Assembly: GCA_002189035.1 (NCBI GenBank)
Contig: NEEC01000002.1
Location: 2,852,001-2,916,000, forward strand
Length of the DNA: 64,000 nucleotides
Direction of reading: 5' to 3'
Source of the DNA: Utricularia gibba
Lineage: Eukaryota; Plantae; Magnoliophyta
Shown here: piece after piece, positions 51,091 to 62,395 of the stretch
Position numbering within the stretch: the stretch's first letter is position 1
Layout: every line of letters begins with the position of its first letter
The notes under the pieces: generated by a model
Seen by the model: the letters and a program-made list of their open reading frames with translations, nothing else
Database searches by the model: none
Told to the model about the DNA's origin: nothing
Program-made: the position numbers and the translations under genes

Positions 51091-52424
51091 TCAAGACATG
51101 CGATCAAATCCACCACCTATCTGCATATGCAGCCATTCTGGTGATGGCACTGAGCTACGCCCAAAGTCACCATTGTTTGGAGAACCAAAAGTGATGCTTG
51201 GAGCCACAAAAGATTGCTGTGGGAACTGCAAGGTAAAGAGTTGAGTTTGCTGAGAAGCTGGAGCTACTTCTTTCGATTGACACTGTTGGATGCCCAATCT
51301 GGAATTTACTGCTTCAAGCTTCATTGACAGGAACTGAAGAAGGGTGAAATGTTAGAGAAGCTTCCAGAATCAGCAAGTAGAGAATGAAAGATAGGGGCGA
51401 AAGACTGGTTTATCTACCTCAACCTGGCGCTGTAAAGACTGGATGTAATTAATTATCTCGTCGAGCACTAGAGCTTTCCCAACAACCTGAATCCCAAACG
51501 AAAGTTAATGAAGTCCAAGTGTTAAAAAGGGAACTACAGCAAGGGGTTACTCGGTGAATTTACTTCCATAGCAAGGTAAAAACCCAGTGAAGAATGAAGA
51601 TACATAGGTCTCGCAGAGCTCATAAGATACCCATGCTTACTTTATTACAGCCAGGAACCAGGTTTTGAAGGATCTTCATCCTCTCACTAATCTTTTCTCT
51701 TCTTGCCTGTATTAAGAGCAGGAAGCGCGAACGTTACTGGAGCATTCCTCCGATGCATCATTCACCAAAGACAATACTCTAAGCCTGTGTTCTTGAATGT
51801 TTATGAAGCATGCTGTTGTTTATGTGCAGAAATTGTACAGAAGCAAGAAGCAGAAACATGGATTGTGTTCCGTAATGTAGAGAAGCAGGATCCAGTTCGT
51901 AAATAAAATCAAAGATGAAAAGGGATTGTTTCTTCATTACTCTTTCTGCTAAGCTATGACTATCCGTAGCTTGTCCCCTTCTAGCTCTCACATGGATATA
52001 GTCCTTCGGAGTATCAGCTGGTTTTGATGCTTTCGCATCTTTTTGCCCTGAACTCCCCTCCACTTCAGTTCTACTTTCCCCATTCTCATTTGATTCCATC
52101 ACCTTGACCCTAATTGCATCTCCTTGATTCTGTTCAGACCAGAAAGAAACAGTTACAAGGAGCATCTATATCGAAATTAGGGCTATTGGAGGTTATGCAT
52201 TTCAACAAATTTGGTACCAAAACAGTAGAGCTGCTGTTGTTTCCGCCATTGCTGTTGCTCGTTGAAGCTCCTTCCTTCCCGGAACGCACATGTTCGCCCA
52301 CCGAAATCTGATCCACGCTCATATTGTAGGAAGGCACACTGTAGTTCATCTGAAAAGTAGGCCACATTTCCGAGTACCCATACTCTCCTCCGTCCGAGAC
52401 GACACTCACCCGCCGCGGATCCAT
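51091..52424 (-). CDS. BPE: bHLH transcription factor, BIGPETAL/bHLH79-like
   Basis: [78 protein letters not shown] and a C-terminal SPEWLHMQIGGGFDRMS*. Confidence 0.88.
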
Positions 52425-53183
52425 TTCCAGCAGCAAATCAGTCGAATCCACGCGGCGGCGACGCCACTCTGGAACCCGCACTTGAATGTTGTCGTGTACT
52501 GAACAGAATCCGTTATAGAGACCGAATGAAGAAAGCTTGAAGGCTTCCTCTCAGCATTTAGCGCTGCGCAGGCTAGTGCTTCCAATCGCACATCTACACC
52601 TGGTCTACCTGCACCACATCGCTGCCACAGTATAAAAAAATACCTCTAGATGCAGATTATTATTATTATTATTATTACATCAAATAGTTGCTTGTTTTTT
52701 TTTTTTTTTTCTATTTTCTCTATCTTTAGCGATTAATTTATTCTGTTACTCCATTTATTTTTCCAGAGATAATATTTTCTATTACTTTAGATGGATATGC
52801 ATGTGTTGAAAGTACATTATTTAACACAGGAATAAATATTTCAATTCTGAATTTTAATTAAAAATTATCATTTTCTATGTATTTTGTAAAATATGGTTAT
52901 ATTAGTGGTACATAATACACGGGACGGGAAATGGTACTCCCTCCCCCTGTCTAACTATTCATTATTAAATAATAATCGTAATAATTAGACGGGTGTATTT
53001 TTTTTATTGTTATTTTCCATGTAGAGGTGTAGAAGTAGCGTAGCGTTAGGTTAAAAAAGAAAGAAAGCAAGCGCATTTAATTCATGGACCACACTCTACA
53101 GCTCACCCCTGCACCGCGATTTTCAGACATGATTATTGTTATATAATATGTTATATATATATATATATGCTATTCTCACAAAA

Positions 53184-53256
53184 GGGGATGTAGCTCAGAT
53201 GGTAGAGCGCTCGCTTAGCATGCGAGAGGTACGGGGATCGATACCCCGCATCTCCA
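53184..53256 (+). tRNA. tRNA-Ala(AGC)
   Basis: GGGGATG acceptor stem pairs with CATCTCC; A-box TAGCTCAGATGG; anticodon loop TTAGCAT; T-arm GATCGATACC typical of Ala; 73 nt; downstream oligo-T terminator. Confidence 0.97.
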
Positions 53257-55465
53257 CTTAGCCTTTCCCTTTTTTTTGGTCATTAACGCCAAACACAAAG
53301 AGAAATTCAAAACCTCTTTTCCATCAGGAGGTCTAAGGAGATGATCCCTGATTTTCACCTTATGTAGAAAACTATTATTTCGGATCACGTAATAAAAATT
53401 CACATTCTTTTTTACCCCATTTGATATCTATGTTACATCTCATTAAAAAATATCTTAATGAAATCTTAATGGCATTCTAAAAAATGGAATCATAAAATCT
53501 AGATTACAACCTAATGGAACCACTTCTTGTATGGAGTGTTTGACATCTTATCACAACAATTAGTCCATTCATTATTCGGTTTCGAGGAGGTAATAAGATC
53601 ATTATCACTAGTCTTGAATAAAGTTATGCAACAACGCACATGCTAATAATATGCGGCTCTATGTTTTCATCTGATGGAAGCACCATGAGTGAAGGATTTC
53701 CTAACATTTCATGCTCTTCTGATGAAATACATGATACATGTTAAAATACTCGAGTTATGAGTGCAGTACTCCCAACCCTCATGTTTTGAAGTGATAATGT
53801 ATCTCTTTGAATATAGTCAAAAAGTCTATTGTAATTAGAGTAATCATTATCACAAAGGTAATACAATTTTGTAAGCAACAAGCATATAATAAAAAACATT
53901 GCTTCTACTCACATCATCATGAAGAATCCTTGAATAGTTCTCAATTGTGTTTTGTGTTATTTAAAATATTTCATTGGTTTAACTAGATTGACATATATTG
54001 TAATAAAAAATAGATTTTCAGTTTCGATTTGAAACATATTATGCCTTTATCATGTGTTATTTTTACAATACTTTTCAACTTACTTAAAAGTTGGTCCAAT
54101 ATTTTGAATAAATAAAAGAAAAAAATATGTTTATTGCAATTGTATTAAAAGATTATGCTAATAGCCGGGACAAAAAAGTTGGTGCACATTTACAAATGTC
54201 TGCATGGGTGATGCCCAACTAACTTGAATCCCCTCTCTACCGCAGAAGCCATGCGCCGACATTCGAAATAGATCATCAGCGGATCGGGAGCTCAAGTTGT
54301 GCAACGTTTTTTTTTTTTCTAAGTTGTGGGCTTGTTCTGTTCTTCCTTCCCATGATTTCTTTGCTACTATGTAGGCACCCGGAGATGAAGACACTCCACG
54401 GCTGCCGCCGGTATGGTCGAGGAGCCCAAGTTGTGCAGTGTTTTTTTATTGCTAAGTTGTGTTGATCACCAATGAGACAATTCTAATCAATCTACTCAAA
54501 ACTGCAACTCAAATTAGAAACTCAAAAGTGATTATCCCATTTATTAGGTCCCAACTATTAGCAACTCAAATTAAGCTCATATAGCCTAAATGAAAGAAGA
54601 CCAAATAATAGTCAATGGTAGTTTGCAAATCAAACAGTCATGTTTCTGCATCCAATGTCTACTACACCTCAACTCTGTAAATACATAAAATGTACCTAAA
54701 TGTAATATTTTTTATTTACAATATACACAACTTTAAATTTTCATGATGATAGTTACGGAATGCTTTCCCTAAAAACATCAAATCAAGTTCTAATACTACC
54801 TTCAATTCAGTCGATTTAATTTTGTGTTAAAATGGCTTCTTTTTCTTCTTCCTACTTCATACCTTCTCCCATGTTTGATGACAAAGTAGATTATAATGCT
54901 TGGACTGATAAAATGTTAGTTCATCTTAACAGTTTTGATCTATGGCATATGTTGGAAGACAATGATGAAGAAGATCAAGCACACATAGCTCAATCATGGG
55001 AGAACAAATCATCTTCTTTTGAAGTAGAATGTGAAGTCGATAGGAAATTCAAGAAGAGAAAGAAGAAAGCTATGTATGCACTAACTTTAGTATCAATGAT
55101 GAGGATTATGACCTTATTCTAGGTTGCATAGCTCTGAACAAAGCTTGAAACATCTTTGCCAAAAAATTTGTAATGACACTGGAAAAAGACAAAAGAAGAT
55201 AGATAAATAGTAGCATATTTCAGACAATCTTGTTCTGAAAACTAATGAGTCTGTATGTGATCTAACCTCTTCTATAAGTGGAATTGTAAAGGATCAAAAA
55301 AATTGGGTTAAATAATTGATGATGGATATGTGAAGAACAACATTTTTAAGTGTGTAAATAATTATAAACCTTGCATTAGGACGATATCTACAATTAGATT
55401 ACTCACTGCTACAATCATGAAAAATTACTAGATGCATTTTACAATTTCGAGTAAACATATAAGAA

Positions 55466-56082
55466 GAAAATTACATGATTAATTGTGTTTTGAGAAACTC
55501 ATTTCCAATCATAAGTATTTTTATCTTTTAATGAAAATAATATTTGTAATTATTTTTTTAATCTTAATTTATTAATATCTCTCACAATAACTCATATTTT
55601 TATATTTGTATCAAAGCTTCTCATACTCATTATTTTATTATTTTCTCTTATCCATTTTTTTATTTTATTATTTCTTACCCTATTTAATCCCTCCTTGCTT
55701 TTTTGGATTTTACCTCTTTCTTTTTAAAATTGATAATATTATATTTTAATATTATATTATAAAATATATTTAATACATGCAACTACTAATTATTCATAAT
55801 TAATAATTACTTACAAATAATAATGTTGTAATAGCATTTATGTGAAGAATAATTTGTAAATTAAATTTTTTGGAAAATAAGATAATATATGAAATTTTAA
55901 ATTTACAATTTATTATATAATATTAAAAACTAATGTAATCATATTTACAATAGAATATGCAAAACATCATGTTATCAAAACTAAAAAAATTTCAAACACA
56001 ACAGATATTAGGATAAACAAATTATTAGAATTATTTGGAATGGGAATGAGTTTCTCAAAACATAGTTAATCATGTAATTTTC
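55466..56082. mobile_element. MITE with ~46-bp TIRs inserted in the copia relic
   Basis: gaaaattacatgattaattgtgttttgagaaactcatt... vs ...aatgagtttctcaaaacatagttaatcatgtaattttc; very AT-rich core; TSD not resolved. Confidence 0.75.
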
Positions 56083-56213
56083 ATCACAAAGAAGTTTTAT
56101 GAAGTGCATGATGAAATAGAACAATCATTTCAAACCAAGCCTATGAAAAAAAATTATACGAAAAAAGCATATCTAAAGTATCTATATTGCAACCAAAGAA
56201 ATCATTATATCCC

Positions 56214-56748
56214 TGATGGGGTACAACTCGGGCGAGAATGATCGGCTTCTGAAGGGGTGCCGAAAGGAGTCTTGATGAGACATCTCCTGCCGAGAGACCG
56301 ATATATGTCAAAGATCTGATAGCAGCGGTATGGTGCAGTCTGAAAAGTAGTCGAGTCGTAGCAGAGCAGGCGGCGATCGTCTGTAAAGCAAGATCAAAGT
56401 ACAAATATAGAAAGGTAGCCGACACTTGCAGAACTCATGATCCGATCAAATCGACCCCCTCTATAAATAGAAGAAATCATAACGGGGGAAGGGTTCGACC
56501 CTAAGACTCCCATCCTGTACCTATCTTAACCACTTTTGCCTAGTAAGGACTTTTTCCGGTAAGCTCCGACAGCTTTGTGGTTTTTCCCGTCTTATGGTGG
56601 TTTTCACGTAAAAATCTCCGCCTACCCCCGTTTCTATCGATCAAATCGAACAAAATCACAAAAAAACATAATAAGGTTCGGTATTTTCCGGTTGCACCTA
56701 TCACCCAAAAATCAGTCCCATCTCGGATACCGATTTTTACCCTTAACA
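56214..56748. mobile_element. Solo LTR (535 bp)
   Basis: TG...CA termini; perfect 5-bp TSD ATCCC (56209-56213, 56749-56753); internal TATA ctataaatag; excision restores the host gag reading frame. Confidence 0.88.
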
Positions 56749-59008
56749 ATCCCTAATTATTTCTATTGTCCAGAAAAAGTTTGCAATTTTTACAAGGAAA
56801 AGAGACACATTGAAAGAGTATGCATGATGAGATAAGAAGAGAAATTTGGAAGGAAAATAGAAGATAATAAAAACCAAAACTCAAAAGCTAATGAACTCTG
56901 CATGTTTTTTTCTTTAAGGAAATCATCTACATTTATACCTTGTGCAAAAACACCATACTCTCAACAACAAACAACTTTACAAACATAGAAATGTGGATTA
57001 TCAATCGTGGATGCAGTAATCATCTAATCTATCAATTCAGTGCTTTCACAAACGAGTACTCATTGATAAAAAAGCAATAGAAGTGGTTGATAGAAGACAT
57101 ATAAAAGTTCCTAAAGTTGGGATAATATGATTGGAAACATGCAGTTATACATTAAATATACAAGAAGTTTATTATGTTCCTAGAGTCTTGCACAAGCTCT
57201 TGAGTGTAGGGCAACTTCAAAAGGACTAAATGTCTTGTTCAATGGATGGTTCTTTTCTATCTTCTTACCATTTCTAAAGTTGGTTTCTCAAATCAGAATG
57301 GAAACAGAATTTTTTGATTTGATTTAAATCAAATATGAAACTAAATGATACTTGTTTTTCAACTAAGGAAAAGGTATTTCTATGGCACAAAAGGTTTCGA
57401 CATGTTAATTTCTCGTCATTCACATACCTCTCTAAAACCAGTCGAGTAGGTAAAATTACTACTACCATAAGTGGCACAATATTACAAAATATGTCAAATA
57501 TGTCAAGTAAGTAATCTTGTCACATGGTTGTTTGGTAAAAAAAACATGGACCACATAACATAAGTTGGAATTGTTTCATAGCCATGTGTGAAGAACCATG
57601 AACAAAACCATACTTTCAGGTAACAAATATTTTTTAATATTTATTGATGACTATACCAAATATTATTGATATTCGTTATGCCCATCAAATCTAAAACAGT
57701 AAATTGTTTCAATGTCTTTGAAGCTTAAGTTGAGAATCAGAGTAGAAACAAAATAATGTACATTCATTGAGACAATGGTAAAGAGTATACACCATGTAAG
57801 TTTTTCATCATTGGAGCATCCATTATCTCATGCATGGGTATATTACAAATTTGGTCATTCTTAATAAATATATAAAAAAATGATCATCTTCAATTAAAAA
57901 TTTTTGAATCAGTATGTGAGATAGAGTGGAAATATGAGCATTTTTGTAAATGACCCCCGCATGGAGGCATGCCCATGATGTATCCTTTGTGCATGTAAAT
58001 CACATGAGCATCCAACACCGCATCAACCCTTTTGATGCCCAAGTCCAAGACATGCTGGCGTTTTGTATGCGGTTCCTCCATGGCCCAGAAACTCCACTTG
58101 CGCACCGCACCCTTTCTCCTTTGTGTTGCTGTTCATGGCTTTTATCTTCCAACAGGATTGGATCGTTTGTCTTGTCTGCTTCATGCTATTTTGTGTAAAT
58201 AAATTATTTTTTCTTTTAAATTTTTTGTATAATTCCTTCTTATAAATCTGTACCTAAAATTAATTAATTTAAATTATTCTAAATTTTCATTTTAAGGGTG
58301 CAATAAATATTTTTTTACAAAAAGCTGATATTTTTTTAAAAAAATTCAAAAAGCAAAAAAGGTCTCAAACCTGGTAGCGCTGCTGTTCGTGGTTTACTTT
58401 TTTTAACGGTTCTTAAAAACTTGTCGGACTCTGAAATCCATGACGTTCGGAATTATTTCCAGGAAGAGGATCCGGCATTGATTCTTCGCCCCTCAGCCGC
58501 GTATCGTACAACTTTTCGCCGCCTTCGAATCCGGTTCATCTCGAGCCGGTTCGTCGCTGCACCTGCGTATTGGTGATCTCCGATCAGGTTAAGTTCCGCA
58601 TCATTTATTTTCTTCTGACCGATCTACGTATTTGTATATCATCTATTAGAATCCTGGTTTTCACAAATGGTGGTGGACATGTTGTTGTATGTTGTGATTA
58701 CATCACATATTACCAGACGGATTTTGAAACTGTAGATTGATTATGCATGTTGTAGGCGTCAGATCTTGATCTACGTCCGAATGGATTGCGGAGTTTGTAA
58801 TTTACAGATCTATAAGATACGTAAATTGGGATGGTCATTCTTGTAGAGTTTATGTGTGTGTCATGTGGATGGAAACTGAACTTAATCTTGTTTATTTTGG
58901 AGTATTTGGCATTTGAAATGCTTGTTTTCGGGATTGTGAAGGCATTTCGGATTGCCATTTTCGTTCTAATCGTCTTTTTTTTATGTTGCAGAAAGGTTTG
59001 CTTGGAAG

Positions 59009-62000
59009 ATGAACTTTTTGTTGCTGCGGTCTAATAGCAAGACTGTAGCTCAGGATGAGATATCCATTGATGAGTCTCAGGCAGAGAAAGAAGACGCATC
59101 GGACAAGTCCGCTACACTAGGAGGTCTAATTGGAAAAGATCATTCAGAGGTGATATTTTCAGAAACTCTCTTTGACATCGGCGGTTCTATAGATGAGTAT
59201 GCCTTGATGGAAAATTCAAGAGGATGTAGCAACTCGTATCCCGATAGCCACATGGATCTCAAGGATGACAATGAGCTTGTCATCATTTCATGCAGTATGA
59301 GCAATTTCTCGATTCATTATAATCAGATATCGGCGTGTATTAACTAGAAAGTCAGCATTCATTGGAACTTCTATGATATATATATTTTTGTTTTCAGAGA
59401 AGGTTCCGAATAGTTGGTCCGAGGCAACCGATATGTTGTCCTATAAGTCACTTGACCGTAGCTTCGTTTTCCCAGGTAGCTGCTTCTCTTTATCTCTTAT
59501 CCTTCAGTATCCATGGAAGGAAGCCAAAGCTACTGATTTTTTCTGGGTATTTATGTTTCGTTTAACACTCTTTTATTTGTCATACCTATGGTCTTCTGTA
59601 GGTGAAAGAATCGAAGTACTTGCTTGTTTCCGTGGTCCAACGCAGGATACGGAGATCATTACACCATTTAAAGTTGCCTCTATGATGAATGAAAAACGGA
59701 TGGGGAAACATCCTGAAAGAAATGAAGAGTTCAGAGCAGAAACAAGCTCAGGCATGCAAGCAAGCAGTGAGAAGACCAGCCATCAGGCCCCCTAGATCGT
59801 GATGCTATGATGGAAGGACAGGGCAATACAGATAAGGATGTTGCAGCTGCCCAATCTTTCATCAGACTTGAAGACCAGAGGAATCGGACAGAAAAACTGT
59901 TGCAAGCCATTAAAAGGTCACATTTCTTTGCACAAATAGTGGAAACAGATGGGGATATTTGGGGCAAAAGGTCTCAATTTTCTGGCTCGTTTGAAAGAAA
60001 ACTGACGGGAGAAAATGCGAAGATACAGAAAAAAATAATGCTATCAATTCTAGGATTGATGGCGGAGGCTTTAATGGCCGCACCTCTGGGGGTCTTGCTC
60101 GAGAGGCTATAGAATGCTGCTCACTTTCAAATGGAGACATAGTGGTACGCTTAAGGGCATAATTGATTGATCAATGCTTTTATGATCTTTTGGCTAATAC
60201 TTATTGCTCTCCTCCTGTTGAACCATTGGCAGAATGCATTTTCCATTGCTCATTGCCTACTTGTTGCCATCATTCCAACTCTTCATGGATTTATACTGCT
60301 GAATTTATTTTCTTTTTCTCGTTTGGAAGGATGCAGGTACTTTTACAAGTAAATGTTGGGGTTGAGTTTTTAAGTGACGCTGTCTTGGAGATTGTTCAGT
60401 TTGAAAATCATCACGAGGAAAATAGAGACCTTATGAGCCACCATGTTGTTAGTCTTTTGAATTATGATCCATCCAGAGATTTGTTGAAATGGCTACTTCC
60501 TTTGGATAATCCTTATCCCCCTTCTGCTCGTCCTAAATCTCCTCCAGTTCTCAGTTCCTTTTCTAGTATTCGTGGCACATCAACAAAATCCAATGTGCCT
60601 GGATCTTCTGGTACGCAGATTCTCTCTCATTTTAGAAGTTACTCAATGTCTTCACTTCCACAAGCTACAGAATTTACTGCAACCACTGCAAAACAAACCA
60701 GCTTTGACCCCGGAGATTGGAACCAATTTTCATTTAAGAGACTAGCCAAAATGGGAAAATCTAGAAATGCAGGCCTTTTGTCTTTTCGTGGCATGCCATT
60801 GGAGCCAAGGAGATTTTCAGCTAGGTGTGGTTTGGAAGGAGTTTTTACATACGCTAGAAGTTGGAGAAAAAGGATTCAGTTGATTCGTCCCCTAGAAATT
60901 CGCTCTTTCTCTTCTGACTGCAACACAAGTGATCTGATTTGCGTTCAAGTAAAGGTTTGTCATGTGTCTCCTTTCCTAGGTGCTGATTGGTATTCACTTC
61001 TGAATTTCCCATGCCTACTTAGACATTTGATTCATATTTTTTCGCAGAACGTGTGCCCAGAAATAGCACCGGACATTGTGATGTTCATTGATTCCATATG
61101 TTTGATTGTTGAAGAGCCACCAAACGGTGTACCGACCACGTCGTTACCACTTGCTAGCACTGAAGTAGGGAACGATTCCAGCTTACCAAATTTAATGCTC
61201 AGGTTTTTGCTCAAAAATTTTTTTTGAGATCCTCATAATCATTCGTACCTCTGCTTTATGTTGAGTTAAAGGTTACAATATTGAACAACGTACATGAAAT
61301 GGGCAGGAGAGGTGAAGAGCATTGTTTTATTCTGAAACCCGCAGCAATATCTTGTAAGCATGCCTTGAGTAGGACTGCCAGTATTTTGAAACCGGAACAC
61401 AGAAGTGGTGTTTCAAGTTCACGCCTCTCGTCAAGTAGTCTAGGGACACAGGATGGATCAATGACTTATCAGTACTCGGTGGTTGTATCATGCCATTGCA
61501 ACTATACCGGTAAGAACAGTTTTCTGGCCAAGCTTCTTAAAGGTAGAATATCTATTTCTTGTATTAATCTACCCCAGCTTGTGCAGAATCAACATTGCTT
61601 TTTAAGCAGCCAACTAGCTGGAGACCTCGTATTCCAAAGGACCTTTTGATTGCTGTTAGATCCGAACAGTCAAAGCTAATCCTTGGGCCTGATGGAACTG
61701 AGCTTCCTATTCAGGTTGTCTAATTTCATTAAAAAAAAAGAAACATACAAAACTATTTACCAAGTTCTCATTTTTCCATCATCTTACAGGTTTTGAATCT
61801 TGAGGTGTCGAATAGAACTTTAGAAGATCTCACAATGACAGTAATGCCCATCTCCATTTAGTTTCCTTCTATTTATTTTCGTGTTTCCTTCTTCACTTTT
61901 TGATATTTGGGTCATCTTCTCAGTTCATAGAGAGAGTCCACAACGAACAGAAAGTTGGTGATTCACCTTCCGATAACGGAGTGCTCTCACCCGAATTCGA

Positions 62001-62395
62001 TGTTTCAAATGGCGGCCATGGTTGTACTCACTTGTGTCTGCGGAGCAATATTCCACTCGGGTACATTCTCCCACATTTCCCTTAAAAAGTTCAGCTCACT
62101 CATCCCTTCTTTTTTACAACAGAAGCGTACCATCACACTCAATGACAGCCGTGAAGCTCGAAGTGCTCCCTCTGTTAAATGGTATCATTACTCTCGATTC
62201 ACTGCAGATTGATGTTAAGGAGAAAGGTAAAACTTCCACCCAAGTATTGATTTATCCATCTTGTTTCCTTGCCTTCTCCTGCATCTGTTTCCCACTCGGT
62301 AACATGATTCCTGATCCTTTGCGGCAGGTTTTTGTTACATACCAGAGAATACATTGAAGATAGATGCAACTTCAGGGTTTTCCTCCTCTCGGTAA
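59009..62395 (+). CDS. TRIPP: TRIPP-like protein (TRAPP-interacting plant protein, At3g17900 family), multi-exon; two apparent -1 frameshifts (59788-59792, 60029-60035)
   Basis: MNFLLLRSN, SLDRSFVFPGE.IEVLAC...DTEIITPFKVA, LLKWLLPLDN, HFRSYSMSSLP, LLSFRGMPLEPRRFSARCGLEG, GCTHLCLRSNIPLG and LNGIITLDSLQIDVKEKG; recalled similarity to At3g17900. Confidence 0.85.

Larger units (their letters stand above)
54832..57850 (+). mobile_element. Degenerate Ty1/copia gag-pol relic interrupted by two insertions
   Basis: Gag N-terminus YNAWTDKMLVHLNSFDLWHMLE; zinc knuckles; protease-like WII.RGCSNHL; VYYVP...LLSVGQL; LWHKRF.HVNF; integrase-like YFLIFIDDYT; many stops; boundaries approximate. Confidence 0.8.

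Noticed and set aside
57890-58245. LINE RNase-H-like or gene fragment
   Set aside because: Similarity limited to a few residues; no poly(A) tail or TSD
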